Source of the DNA: Azolla caroliniana
Lineage: Eukaryota; Plantae; Polypodiophyta
Assembly (NCBI GenBank): GCA_043228905.1
Contig: JBHGNT010000017.1
Location: 558,001 to 622,000, forward strand
Length of the DNA stretch: 64,000 bases
Direction of reading: 5' to 3'
The first letter of the stretch is position 1. Each line of letters opens with the position of its first letter. The notes below the pieces were generated by a model, which was not told the origin of the DNA, searched no databases, and saw only the letters and a program-made list of their open reading frames with translations. Shown here piece by piece: positions 1 through 14,209 of the stretch. Both the position numbers and the translations under genes were made by a program.

Positions 1-1746
1 TTGTTGCACAGTCCAACACCGAATGTGACATAGTCAAATTTGACGACTAGAGAAAAAAACACAATTCTTGATAAAGATAATGCAATTGTATATCCTGAGC
101 CGTAATACTAAGAGATTATCGTCCTATGAGACCACAATTTGTATTGGTGTGGGCTTATGTCATGATGTCCTAAACCTTTCAAGTGTATGTGCATCATCAT
201 CAAACAATACCGAAACAAGAACAAGGAACTACATGAAGAATAAATTTCTCTTCACTAGTCGATAAGGACGTGAAATGGCGAAAAGTAGTATTGCAATATC
301 TTTAGAAATCCCTAGGGTGCTAGGGATCGTAGATGAGCAATGACGGGATTCACAACACCGGGGAAATGCAAATTAGAATTATCTCATAGGATATTTATGT
401 TCCAAGTTGCCAAGGGGAGTATCATCTCCACGCATCCAACTAACAATTTCTTTTGTCAAGCAAAGTCTTAGCCTATGGATTGAAGTATTTTTTATTATTA
501 TCTAGGCTCTCTCTATTACAGAATTTGTTATTGTCATGGGGACAAAAGAGGAATTACAACGGGTAGAGGCTTTGCTAGAGATGACAATTGATGGGAATTT
601 TATGTTCTATTTAAAACAATTTTAGGCACTTCTGCGTCTGAGTCTAAACATCCAACGTGTTTTTAACCCAATTGGGGGCCCATTGGCTATCTAGGTAAGG
701 AAGCCATGTGTATGTTGTAACACCATTCTAGCAATTTCACATGATTTCATTTGCACATTCCCACATGCTCCAGGTCGACAAATCTAAATCTTCAATTTTA
801 CATGTGGGCGCTCAACATTGAATAGATTCCAGGGGAAATTCATCGTAACCAGCCTAGGCATTTACGAATATACCCACCATATGCTACAAAATACAATAAA
901 ACACCTGCTATCAACAAATCCTCAAATACACTACTCTACTCGACCAAAGTTCTTTGTCCCTCTGTATAGTGTGTCTTTATCTCTCTGTGTGTCTAATTTG
1001 TCTAGTTCGGGAAAGAGGGAAAGAGGTATGTATTTGTTGGGATTGTGGAAGAACCTGCATATTAGGCTATAGCTAGCTAGCTAGTAGTAGTTATCTATCT
1101 ATAGCTAGCTAGGTACAAAGAAAGATTGGCCTTGCTTGTTTTGGGTAGGAAATAGGATAGATAGATAGATAGGCTTTGGATGGATGCCTTAAAAAGAGAC
1201 TAAGAAAAAGAGCTTCTTCTTTTTGTTTTGTGTGTGTGTGTGTGAGTGACAGTAAAATGTGTGCAAGGGAGGATTCGAACCCTGTTTCTGTGTGTATGTG
1301 TTAATCAAAATTATATTTCTAGACCCCCACCCCCTACATATTTTAATCCTTATCCAATTTTTCAATTTTTTGTTTTTTAATCCTTATCCAATTTTTCAAT
1401 TTGTTCTGTTTTGTTTTTATACATACTTATTTCAATTCCTGCATTAGATTAAATCGCTTCCCACATTAATTAATTCGTTCCTTCATTTTCAGACATGATG
1501 TATGCCCCATTTCATATATTTATACTGCTATCAATGGCGGGGAACAGGGTAGGCTGCCTCTGAACAACACAAAAGAATAATTAAGTGGATGATTAAGATC
1601 CCATTTTAGTCCTTTAATCTCACCCTTGAATAGTTTGGTCACACAAAACTTGATTCCTGCAACCGATAATAGGCCTTGATTAGTGCTTCAACCCCCTGAT
1701 TAGTTTGATCAGACCATCCTTTTGATTCCTGCGACTAATAATAGCC

Positions 1747-2622
1747 ATGATTAAGCTCAAACGTCTCCTCAGCAGATCAGGCTCCTCCTCAACATCAAGC
1801 CTCTTTAATCACACCCCACAATCACTAATCCTGCCCACTCCTCCTCCTTCACATGACATAAACTCCACTAATCCTCAAGAAGAATACCATAACAAGTTTT
1901 GCAGCTTCATTAGGAAGGCCAAGTCCCCTGATCCCGCTCCTCTGATGGCCGGTCATTCTTCATCGATAACTAGTAAATCATCGTCGATTACTACTAAGTC
2001 TTCATTAATGATGCATAGTACCGATTCTGATTACATCGACTGGAGCTCAGAATCGGAGACGATTAACTGCAGTAGGTCTGACTATCAACAATCCACTGAA
2101 TTAGTCGCCAATGATGTAATTAGGGAAGCTAATAGCAGGATTAATGCGAAGATGGAGGTTAATCATAAGATTAAGGTTAAGGTTAATTCTACTCTATTTG
2201 GAAAACTATTTTGTGCCCATCGCAGTGTAATCCAATTAATAAGACAGAAGCAGATTAGCCATCAAATGAAAAGACTCAAGGCGAAATCCGATGCTGCAGA
2301 GCAAATTTTAACGACAATTAAGGCACAATTAGCTAATCAAGAGTGGGTTAATCAAATCATTCATGACGAAATTACTGAGGTGGAGTTGATTAATCAACCC
2401 ACTAATGATGTGATTACTGATAAGAGAGTGATTGACCGACCCATTAATGACAACATTAACAACGCAATCAGCAATGAGGATGACATTAATAGTGATCTTG
2501 AAGATCTAGTCCTTAGTTATCTACGCCTTACGAATCCAGATCGATCCACGGCACTCACATTCCTCCAAGCATTTAACCCTCACCTTAATCAGACTGTAAA
2601 CCGCACCTTCATCCATGACTAA
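1747..2622 (+). CDS. Intronless 291-aa protein, possibly a divergent OVATE family protein
   Basis: Long ATG-started ORF with a Ser-rich N-terminus and a central coiled-coil-like stretch. The C-terminal DLEDLVLSYLRLTNP...LTFLQAF resembles the second half of the OVATE domain (xLEELLxCYLxLN...IxxAF); the first half (DPxxDFRxSMxEM) is not recognisable. Confidence 0.5.
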   Translation: MIKLKRLLSRSGSSSTSSLFNHTPQSLILPTPPPSHDINSTNPQEEYHNKFCSFIRKAKSPDPAPLMAGHSSSITSKSSSITTKSSLMMHSTDSDYIDWSSESETINCSRSDYQQSTELVANDVIREANSRINAKMEVNHKIKVKVNSTLFGKLFCAHRSVIQLIRQKQISHQMKRLKAKSDAAEQILTTIKAQLANQEWVNQIIHDEITEVELINQPTNDVITDKRVIDRPINDNINNAISNEDDINSDLEDLVLSYLRLTNPDRSTALTFLQAFNPHLNQTVNRTFIHD

Positions 2623-3409
2623 TCACTCCATAATTACACCTATCTCTGCCTGATTCCTACAAAATCACATCTAATTGCAATATTTGCCTTGAGAATTCAT
2701 CTTATTAATCTAATCCTCACCTTAATTGCAATTACAAAACCCAAGTTTTGCTATCATCCTGTGTGAAAGAAAAACAAACAATATACTTAGTGGGAGACAT
2801 GTGACTTATTGTATATACAACTACAATCATTCAACATATGCATGAGCCAATGTTTTAAGTACAATTATAATGACAATTGCTTATGATTCTTTGTTCATTG
2901 TTCATCTCAAGTCTTGACAAAACTATAGTACATATTAAAAGTAAATTAGGCTTTCGCATTCTATATAATCTCGATAATTCCAAAGGACATATAACTAAAC
3001 AGAAACTTGAAAAGGGGCAATCTTACTGTTTGAAGAGGCGTACTTGCAAAAAGTTCCTAGATTTGGAAAACAGGTTTATTTCACTTCTTGATTCAACGAA
3101 AAACAGTATGCATTTTTAACTTCTTGATTCAACGAAAAACAGTATGCATTTTTAATACATAAAACTGCATACATACACACACAAACTTGCCTACATCCAT
3201 ACATTCAAAACATTTTCATGTATTACCTACATTCTCACGTACACACTCAGGTATATAAATACATGCATTACAGCATGCATAAAACTTGAGCACATACATA
3301 AAGAAATAACTTTGTGCATATGCACATATATACCAGAGAAAACGGAGAAAGAGAAAAAACACCATTAGTTAAAAATGCATACACATTCGTGTGTTTTTTT
3401 TTATCCATG

Positions 3410-6400
3410 TTACAATGGCAGCTCTGAAGCTTCATTGACCACCATACTAGGTTCTCTTTTGGAGACCCATTTGAGCAACTCTTGTATCTTACACAAAGTT
3501 AGCATTTGGGAAACATCTGGTTGCAATTGAGAATGCTCTCGAACTTGAATCTTTTCGAATAACGCACGTCGATCAGCATCCACTTCACTCAGCCTTAATT
3601 TTAGGTATCTCGAATATTCCTCTTCAGATTTCTCTGACTTCTCCGCAACAAGACGGCGCAAACCGTCAGCTTCTCGTCGTGCATCATCAGCTCTTGTTTG
3701 GAACATATCGGCCTCGGCAACTTTTAACCTTATCATCATCGCTAGCTCCTCGATCTCCTGCTTCCTTTTTAACCTTTCCCGCTGGAGCTCTTGTAAATAT
3801 CTCTTCTTGTCTTCAAGTTCTTTATCATGAGCTTCAAAACTGGCATGAGCTTTCTCCACACCCCGGACTTTGTCTACAGCCACTGTCTCCATTTTAGCCA
3901 TGGCCTCATGGACAACATCAGCAATACGAGCACACACTTCCCGAGGTTCAATCATTTTCATGTGATCGCCGTCCCCTTCATATTCTCGTGCATCCTCTGC
4001 TTCTGCTTCTGTCATCATGATTTCTCTCTTTGTCTCTGTACCTTAATTGAATATATAGAGTTCTTTTCATGCAAAATTTTAAGTTCTAAAGCACAATGTG
4101 ATAGCATCGTCTTTATATATCAAATAAGAAACTTTCAATGTCCCCATAAAATTATTGCCATGAGATTAACCGATTGACATTCTAAAACCCAGATGCTACA
4201 TTAAGGTTTTGGGTTCAAGTCTCCAGTAATGGGTTTGGTGTTTGCATATCAAAACATAAAACTACGCCGTTTTTGGAGAAGGTGAATGTGCTATCCATAC
4301 CATACTTGGAAACAAACTATCAAACGTTACACTTATGCAAAGCTTGAGTAATTACAAGCCAATCAAACTTCAGAAATAGAGAGGTGACAGGGACCAATCT
4401 TCCTCCGATAAAAGATAGGTGTAATGAAACTTTATATGATGTACAATTAAGGATTTAATATTGATCAGACTTACGACTGTCTGAAGTCTATGAGACAAGA
4501 GTATATGCACAAAAACCCAACTTGATTGAGAGAGAAAAAGAGAATGCCCTAGAAAGAGAATCGAACAAAATTACACGCACAAATTCATGAGCCATTGAGG
4601 ATATCTGCTTAACACAAACATCTTCACAAATTCATGAGCCATTGAGAATTTTAGAATGAAACGTAGAACCTGAAGAATGAGAAAAATGAGAAAAATGATA
4701 TTCTACAAGCCTAACAAAATGATGATTGACGAGTAGAACATGTATATCTTCACATTCTATAGATATGACAATAGAAATCCCATTTCAGGAGCATCAATCA
4801 TCACTCCTCATCCAAGTCAGAATCTTGGCTCACCACTTTAAACCAGGGGCTTCATTTCAGCAGGTCAGCTTCACACAACTCAGAGTATTGGCAACTTCAC
4901 TTAATTGCTCAATATATAGTACAAAATAAGAGATTTTTCGTTTCAGGTCATATTTGATGATGAATATGCATGTATATTGTAAAGAGGTCTCTGATCCATA
5001 AGTTGCATCGCCTACTCGAGATTTTTTACAGAGATTTATTCTCCTTTTGGATTAAATATTCAATGCTAATGGCTAGATTTGAGTCTTTATCAGGAGATGC
5101 AATGACATTGGGAAGCAATATACACTCAATTCAAACGTAAACTGATAATGACACATGAAGGAATTTGTATGCCACATTACATTGTGTGTGCATATCATAT
5201 CATTAATATTTATCTACGAGAGTTGGGTAACCTAAAAACAACAAGAAACACAAAAATGACAGTAATATTGAACAAGAAACAAAAAAAATCACCTTTACTT
5301 TTCAATGCTTATAAGGATCCGATATGAAAAAAGTGTACCTTGAAAGAAGCATTGCATTTCCTTGCATGCCACACTCTGATCAATTCCATCCTTGAGCTTC
5401 TTCAATAGTTCCTCTGCCTTTGAGAACAGCCTTTTCCCCTTTGAATCCTTGCTTCCATGGAATATTCTTCGCACAGTGTCAAACTCCTTCACAAGATGCT
5501 CAACCTCCCATTCATCAGCACAAGTATGAAACACATCTTTAACCCAGCCGAACAATTCTGATACATGCTTACATGCTATACATGTGTACAGCATCTCTGG
5601 AGAGCAACCATTTCTCTTCCTTGAGCTACCCATGGCTATTTGTCCTACCCGTATTGCACAATCAGTATGAGTCCAATGTGAACATACATCACATCCAATC
5701 CACCTACATGTATTGACATCGAAGTCGAATTTGCTACATATTGTACACATGCAAGTGTTGCAAAAGCCATTTTTCGTGCTACATACTTCACATGCACATC
5801 CACTTCCTGGAAGCTCATTTTGGCAAGCTACATTCCTACACCTTTTATAGAAAAAGACCTCCATTAGCGAACCTTGGGTTATGGGTATGTCTGGGTGCAG
5901 AAAAGCTTGTATGCCAGTCTTTATAGCAACCAGAATTTCAAGTTGAGATCTATTGGCTCGGGTTAATGTTTGTGGAGTAAGGTCTTTTCGGCTCAATACC
6001 TTGTTTTGAAGCATTGCAAATTCTTCCCTTTTTTCAGTTCCTCCATTGCCATTCAAAATCTCTCTTAATTCTGCCTTCCTGTCTTCAGATAACTCCCGAG
6101 GCTTCCCTGACATCGATTCTGCAATAGCTTCAATAGGTTCACATGCGATATCTTGGAGAGTGGGATAGTTTGACCCTCTTATTCGATGCATATCACCATG
6201 GTTCCCATTGTCTTCTCTATTATTTGGGTTTCCGTGGGCATTCCGAGGTGCTTTCTGTGCATGAAAGTCAGCATCGTCCCATGTTTCTCTTGAGCTGTCA
6301 CTTTCAGGAGAGCCACTGACACGTTCTCTCATATTTATAGACGCTTGATGACCCTGGGAAGATGCCAAGGATAAGGATCTCTCTTGTGTAGGGAGACAAA

Positions 6401-6491
6401 CTAATGCTCCTCTTTGTGCGGAGGGTAATGAGAGCGATGATGATGCTGATAGCACATTCTCTCCTTGCACATTTGATCGTGCTCGTTTCAT
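3410..6491 (-). CDS. OBE: OBERON-like PHD-finger / coiled-coil protein (2 coding exons: 6491-5339 and 4035 (or 4041)-3410)
   Basis: Exon 1 has the OBERON PHD region (YKRCRNVACQ...CACEVC...GFCNTCMCTICSKFDFDVNTCRWIGCDVCSHWTHTDCA...ELFGWVKDVF). Exon 2 has the coiled coil (RLKVAEADMFQTRADDARREADGLRR). Phase-1 donor CAAG|GTAC at 5338 joins in frame to AG acceptors at 4036 or 4042. A probable 5'UTR intron spans ~7147-6583 (CAG|GTAAG ... CAG). Confidence 0.93.
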
Positions 6492-9276
6492 AACTCTGAG
6501 ATCTTTGGAGAGTGAATCTAGAAGCTTTTTATAATGTGTGAGTGAGATTGAGCTCGATTTCAGGCTCCAGCATTACATTGATCTGTACAAAAGAAACAAA
6601 AGTGGGCAATAAGGAAAGAACCAGAAAAATAGATCAACTGGAGTGAAAAAAAAAACTAGAAAAAAAGAGTGCAAATGGGGATGACAAAACAAAGTGCACA
6701 CAAGGTATAGATAAATACGAAGATCCAAAAACGAAGACTCTGTTTGGAGAGGGTACAGATCATCAGAAGATCAAAACACAGCAAAATTGAGCACTAATGG
6801 AAGCATAAAACAAACCAACCATCATTTTTTTAGGTAAATGAAGATGAAAAAGGGAACCATTTCTGCAATTCTCGCAAGGGTATAACAAGTATGTTAAAAA
6901 TAAATAAAAAATGAAATCATAATAAAAACAGGGGATTCGCTTTCAAGAAATGGGCATTACCAAAAAAACTAAGAAAAGTGTGAAAGACGAAGAAGAAGCG
7001 AATAGGAAAAACAGAGTAAAATGGAGTTGAAAGGAACAGGTAAACGACACACTCAGCTTTCAAAGAGAGTATTAGAATATATATATATATATTTATTTAT
7101 ATGTATATATTTATATCTATATAAATATAAAAAGATCTAGAGCTTACCTGAAAGAGAGAGGGAGGGGAGATATGTGTATGTAGCTTCTTTGCTCTGTCTC
7201 TGTCTCTGTCTCTGTCTTCTCACACATACACGAAGAGTGGAACTAAAAAGGAAGAAGAGAAACAAGGACAGAAATTCTGGGGCCTTTGATGAAAAAGAAA
7301 AGCTTGAAGATCTCAGAAACTCCTCTTGACTTCCTCTGAGTTTTGCTTTTGAGTTACTACTACATACAATACATACATAATACATGCCTTGAGATATATT
7401 GGGGAGGGGGAAGAGAAGAAATTTTCTTGACCAAAAGAAAGAAAATTTCCAGAGAGAATTTCCTTTTTACCCCCCCCCCCCCTCTCTCTCTCTTTCTCTC
7501 TCTGTCTTTTGCCTTCCTCTTCCTTTCCTCTGTTTTTTGCTTTTTGCCTTTTGCCTTCTTGCTTACCATAGAGTCAAAAAAATAATCAAAAGGCACACCC
7601 AAAATGCCAATCAATAATAATCCACTAAATTAAACTTTTTTATGCTACATATATATTCCTCCTCTCCTCTGCATCTTGAAGTTGCTTAATGGAGCCAAAT
7701 CAAAATCATTCCAAAATCCACTAAGTAGTCAGTCCGAAAGGCGATGTAACTAGTCTCAATTTCTTGAACTTGATCGGAGAGAGATTCCCCGATCTATGTT
7801 TAAGCCTCCTTGTACAGTCTCTTTGTAATAATCCTACCTAACTAATGGGAAAGTCGCTTCATTTTGGAAAAATAAAAATAAAAATCGTTCCAAATGTTTT
7901 GCCTTCTCTCTCTCTCTCTCTCTCTCTCGACCTTGCGTCGACGCGATACATGAAGATATCAGAATCACATTGATACTTGGTCTTTACTTGCCCTCTTTCG
8001 GGCCCCCTTCCTTCATCTTGTTATCATGTGGTCGGCTATATTGTTGGACAATCACACGTAACAAAGACTTTCTTCTTTTTTAGAGTCGTGTGTGAGATGA
8101 GATGATATTGTGGACTTGGGTGACAACCAATCGCTCTATTTTTGGTAAGAGTTTTGTTTGTCTTTTTTACACTTTGTAAGTACAATCGACTTACATCGAA
8201 TTGAAACTCTGTTGTGCAGGATCATCTATGTAATAATCAATCAAACTCTCTCTCATTTAGTCAAGTGTCGATTGATATATAAACCCACGTGGGAACGAAT
8301 TCCACACTTCTCTAGGTAAGTTAGGGCATATCTAAACAGGTTGTGCTCAAGCATGTAATGATGTTGTATGTAATTAAAATTGGGTTTCCATCATTACTAA
8401 ACGCAATAATAGAAAGTATATGGGTGATTAATGAATGTATGGCTAAGGTTTTGCTCATGATGATCATGCACAATAGGAAAGGGGTAGCAACAACTTGAGT
8501 TTTCAGTAAAAAGGGCAATGAAATTATAAAACCAAAAGCTTTTCTTACATGGATAAATATATATATATATAATTTATTTATTTATTTTCCAAAAATGGAT
8601 AAATATATTTGAGTTAGTTGATATAACATGCAACACAATGCGGTGGAAACACTTAAAAAAGAGTTAAAATTTAACTAATGCTATCAAATATTTTGACAAA
8701 CTACTATCGAACTATATACATCATCAAGTTGGCAACAATATCTCTAAAAACAATATGGTAATAGATCATTAACATCACCTCTAGATCGATATCCTTATCA
8801 TTTTTTGAGACATTCGTTAAGTTACAAGAGTATTAAGAAAGAGTTATCCTTAGACAAGACATCTAGATTTCCAATGAAGTCATTTCTTGTTTTCCTATCA
8901 CATTATTCTCTTTACCCTTTGTAATTGCGATCAATGTAGGGTTAAAAGAGGCCAATAGTGCAAAGGAAGCAATAGAGCTATTTGGATCTTGAGAATCAAT
9001 TGTTTCCCTCTAGAAGCAGCACTTGGTTCGTTTCCGAGGTTACCCAAAAACCTTTTCATGCAAACAAGATTCATGTAGAATACAGACCTTAATTAAACAA
9101 TGTACAATATATTTGGCACATGTTTGTATAAGAAATCATGGTGCCTCACATTGTAATAATTTTATTACCCATGCCTATAGCTAATTTCATTTTTGATCTC
9201 TTGTTAATGATATATATGAATATGATGGGATAGGGACATCTTCAAAATGGTAGACGATAACATATTATGACATGTT

Positions 9277-9280
<4 letters not shown>

Positions 9281-9327
<47 letters not shown>

Positions 9328-9335
9328 TCTCTCTC
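9281..9335. repeat. (CT)n microsatellite
   Basis: Near-perfect CT dinucleotide run. Confidence 0.9.
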
Positions 9336-9705
9336 TAACCCTTGTACGTCACTCGAAACCACCATCATTTTTGTCTACAATAAATAAAATGCCTAAATGC
9401 ATTGCTATCTTATCTTTCCCAACATTGATTCTCTCAACAATGCCCACTCTCCTTGTACATTTTTCAAAGGAAATGTAGTCAAACCATGTGCAATGGCTAG
9501 TAAATGTTGGGTATCTTTCATCTTTATCTTCTTAAGAAGAGATAAAGAAAGTTTTTCTATTGAAATGTTTCCAGCATTATGAACCTTTCATACTTATACA
9601 GATTTCACCGGATAGTGTAGGGCTTAAAGTCTCCTTTGGTAGTAACTACCCTTACACCCGATATCATGTGACAAGGAACTTAAGACTTAAAATTTCATAA
9701 TGTTG

Positions 9706-10085
9706 CATAGTTGTTAAAAAATGTGTACTCTACGTTTTTAGAATACGTTTCAAAATACTTTGAAGTATTCTACACATATTCTACGTTTTATAACTGCCAG
9801 CTTTTTATTTTTCATGAATTCTTTGTATTTAATGAGTGTTTCACATTTCAAAAAAGTTTTAAAATTTTAAAATTTTAAAATTTATTAAAGAAAACTTTAA
9901 AATCTAAGAAGTATGTAATGTTTTTTACACGTATTCTATGTATTTAAAGTATTCTACACGTATGCTAAACATTTAACATATTTTATCTGTAAAATACGTA
10001 TTCTAAGTATTTTTTTGAAAAAGTTAGAATACTTAGCATACGTATATCTACACATATTGTATGCAAAGTATTCTACAACAACATA
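9706..10085. mobile_element. Putative degenerate hAT-type MITE
   Basis: AT-rich ~380 bp with many TATTCTA-like motifs. Ends CATAGTTGT ... ACAAC-ATA are imperfect inverted repeats, flanked by TAATGTTG (9698-9705) and TTATGTTG (10086-10093), a possible 8-bp TSD with 1 mismatch. Confidence 0.35.
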
Positions 10086-12591
10086 TTATGTTGCGAAACC
10101 TCGCAATTTAAACAAAAATATATTTTATGGTAGATAATAGCATTAGATATAAGGATTGTTTTGCAATGTGTAGGAATTATACAACATATTAAACTATAAA
10201 AGGAGTTTTCAACAATTGACTTGACCTTGATTAATTTATCCAGTTGTTGGTGGCTTTCTTTAGAAATAACAAAATATTAAACGGGAAAAGCTCATTTTAC
10301 AAACGACTTAGTTGTTCTTGGTTAATCTAGTGAGCCTTTGATAGTCTCTTGACAAGTTCATAAGGTGTTATGCCTTACAATGTGTAATCATCTATTCCTA
10401 TTATAGATTAATAAATGCAGACAAACTTGTTTGCCTTTCAAGTTGAAGGTTGTAAGGGTGTAAGGAGTTGGCACTCTCAATTCATGCTATAAGTTGAAGC
10501 TTGACGTACACTTAATAAGAGGGCAGATGGCCCAAAAACTCGGCTTAAAAACAATAAATATTCAATGTTTGTCTTGTGCTGAGAATGTACAGAAAGAAAT
10601 GTTGTCTTTTGGAACCCAAGTTTAGATTACTTCAATCATATTGTCTAAATGTTGTTTTTTTTCATACCTCTAATTTGATTTGTTTTAATTTTTCTACGTC
10701 TGATTATGCCTATCAATTTAACATAGCAAGAGTAAGAATGTTTCTTTTATATTTGAAATTCCAATTCGCTTAGACATATTGTGTAAAAGAAAATGTATCA
10801 TAAGTTATCAAGCCTTCTCGCTCTAAAAAGTATCGTTTCCTCTAAGAAACTTTCAAGAAAGTTAACCTTGCCTTAGTTACCATGTTAAGACAACTTGGAT
10901 ATATAAGAAGCCTTATTGGAATGGTAAATAGCATATGAAAAGAAAAATGAGATAAAATAGGATGATTGAAAACAGAAGCCAAATTCACAAACGTAAAAAT
11001 GCCAGGCATGAGTAAACGTAGATATGCATGCCTTGTTGAAAATAAGATCTACTTGACCAAGCAAAATATGAAGACAAGAAGAAGGAAGAGAAACCATTAA
11101 AGTTTTGTACACCCTTTACTTTAAAACAAGTTGAGGGTACCTCCATATGTTGGCCACCATCTCAGGCTTCATATCTTAATCCACAAGTTAAATTTAATAA
11201 TAAAGTGTTTGCATTTTAAATCAAGGATGATAGGATAGTGAGGGAAGCATTCATAATGTCCTTACTCACCTCCAAGTGGAAATCCAAGTATGATTACTTT
11301 ACCCTTCATACATAGTGGGAAAGCAAAAATCAGAAATCGGCATTGATTTTGATGATAAATATTTGACAAAGTGTGGCATACTGCCAAAGAAAGAAAGAAA
11401 GAACAAGGACATTGTTCGTTATTTGTCACTAAAGGATATACATTTAAATAATCATATTTGTGAACTTAAAATCGTAAATAGTTTTACTTATAGAATTGAC
11501 AAGCAAGGTAAACCAACGCGATTGCAAAAATGAGGGGTGAGCCATATTAGCCATGTGCACGTTTGTGCGATGCTTTGTTATTGGCACATATGCTGGTTTC
11601 GAAGGAGAAATTCTTTTGATGAAATTGGGTGTGGTCCTTGGTTTTCTGGTATATTAACAGGTATGTTTTGAAGACAAGGTTAATACATACCATAATGAAA
11701 GGCGACACATTCTAGAGGAAACGTTCAACTTTCACATTAATCATATCAGCATTTGGACCTTATGTAAACAAGTCTCTGGTGCATATAATCATCAAGTAGA
11801 ATAAGGATCAACATATCCCATGATACAAATTGTCCTGATTTTGTTTGCACAAAGCATTAGCATTAGCATGTACAAAATCTGATTACTGATACGAAATTTT
11901 GCGCAAATTGTTTCGGGAATGATGGCATTCCTTCCATGAAATTCTTGCCTACTTCTGTTGGCAATGCCATTCTTGTTCTCACAGTCACTGCATCAAAATG
12001 GACAGAATGAAACGTGAAGCCAAGATGCACAAAAACATTCACTTTTTCCCATCTTTACATGAAGAACGTTATCTCTCAATGGTATTGTTCTTTCCACTTT
12101 AAATCAGCATATGGCCATGGTTGGAGTTGAACTTTCTCATCATCAGAACTCCATCTAGTGTGATTACTATTTGGGTACTGACTACTTGAGTAGGAAAACA
12201 TATGGATAAACTCATGTCTGCAAACTTTGTTCTTTTAAACAAGGGCCCCAAATAAAGCCATCCTTGAGCATATTTCAATGGTGAAGCTTCCATGGAGACA
12301 ACTATTGTTACAAGTCCTAGCAACAAACAACAACTCGTGAAGAAACAAATAGCAACATGCATTTACATTAAAATAAATAAATGTTGTGAATCAACATTGA
12401 TACAAATCATAATTTAGGACCAGATTGTTATCATATCTGGCCCAAAGTAACGCAGGTGGAAGAATGTTGTTACATTAATCTTATGCATCATCTTCAATAG
12501 TAGGGGCAATTTGTAGACTGAGTCAAATTCTTCTATAGACATCCATACAACTTTCTATGAAACTTCCTCTCTTTTCTTCAAAATAAAATGA

Positions 12592-13158
12592 TTAGCTTGT
12601 ATGCAAGTCTATGTAAGCTTTCCGCAGCTTGGCTTCCAAAATGCTGGTATTCTCGTTTAGTTTTGAGATAATGTGCTCCAGATCCCCAATTTCTTTCTCC
12701 ATCTCATCTATCCTCTCAACATATTGTTGAAAATTATCGTTCTTCAGCTTCAGTCTCTCTACAAATACACGTAGACCTGCTGCAAAATCACCAAACTCGT
12801 TATACTCATCAGCGATTCGTAAGTTCATCTTTCCAAGGAGCTCAAGTGTCTCTGTATTGCACTAGACAAAAAGCCAATCATCAGTTTATTTAGCACTGCA
12901 AATCTACCTCAAAAGAAAACATCCATCAACCTATATGCTTGATTAAAAGAGAGCCATTCCAAATAAAACCCAAAGTAAAGTGATAAAAACTGTACACGAT
13001 TTAATCATGTAATCCTCATGAGAATTCACCTGAAGCTGAGACTGGACAATTGTGGCGATATTTGTAAAGAGAGAATGAATCGCTGAACTAAGAGGATCAT
13101 GCTGGGGTTGAGGTTGATCCTCAGAAGTGTTGCATGTAGGAACCTCAGCATAATCCAT
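12592..13158 (-). CDS. BLOS2: Biogenesis of lysosome-related organelles complex 1 subunit 2 (exons 13158-13030, 12861-12592)
   Basis: The spliced product ...LSSAIHSLFTNIATIVQSQLQ|CNTETLELLGKMNLRIADEYNEFGDFAAGLRVFVE... matches plant BLOS2 as I recall it. Phase-0 GT (13029) / AG (12862) intron; exons of 129 + 270 nt are in frame. Confidence 0.9.
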
Positions 13159-14172
13159 CTTTTTATTTATGATTGTGATATGCTTGCGGGCACTTATGAA
13201 AACGATTTGAACATTTTTAGATGACACTCATAGTCCCTCCTGCAAAAAGACACTTCAAAGAACATACACATATATATTACATGAGGGAAAAACTCCAAAA
13301 TACCCAGTATTTCCTATGTATGATGAATCTCTTTAACTTTTCCAGTGTCATAACATAATCACTTCCATATACAACAAATAATTTATTGATGCTACCTTGC
13401 AAACAGCCAATTTTTTAGGTTGTGAAATCCTAGAAGTATAGAAGATTGGGGTAATCTTTCACAATACTTTAAAGTAAATAAGATTGGATGCAAAATTGGC
13501 ACACCCACCTTACACATGTAAATCACCCAAATTTTCAGAACTCTTGAAGATAGCCACCTATCGGTAAATAACCCCTCATTGTTACATTGATGTTTTGGAC
13601 AGATAGAGAATAACTTTGTGGATGTGATGGTAACATTGATATATTGATGGCTCCAGTCGAAAAACATTTAGCTAGAATTTTAACTTAGCTAGTGCACTTA
13701 AGCTATGCTACACCACATCCTGAACTTTGATCTAAGACTGTGGGTATTTTTCAATATAGAAAGAAAGGCAAAACTGCGAGAGTAACCCTAACTGTTTCTT
13801 TTGTTTCCCGAGAACACCCCTACACCCATTCCATGAGCTCTTTGAGAAATCATATGAGCCTCTTCTTCCCAATTACATGGTCTACATGCATCACCTTGGT
13901 CTTTGCTTCCCTGTCTTTGGGGTTGACAAGATGCATTGGGGCGAATAACACAATCTATGGGGAATTCCTGAACTTACCAGAGCAGCACAATTTTCATGCA
14001 ATGATCATCAAACTTGAAACCAATTTAATCCAAAGCGTTTCACTTAATAATCCTAGAATCAGAAATACATTTTAAGTCATTTAAAAGAATACAAAACGAG
14101 AAAAACCTCGAGACTTTAAAATGGTGGAAGCAGGAGAACAGAGCAATCTCTGTTGTTATGACAGAGAGAAGC

Positions 14173-14209
<37 letters not shown>

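Noticed and set aside
3085-3154. 36-bp duplication, and similar small ones near 1345, 4580, 45228, 47126 and 50343
   Set aside because: Ordinary slippage-type duplications with no sign of function.
7137-7617. Short ORFs around the OBERON promoter/5'UTR
   Set aside because: Produced by CT/GA low-complexity runs.
11560-12362. Possible secreted peptide or pseudogene downstream of BLOS2 (ORF 12099-12362)
   Set aside because: Hydrophobic N-terminus but no recognisable family or splice structure.
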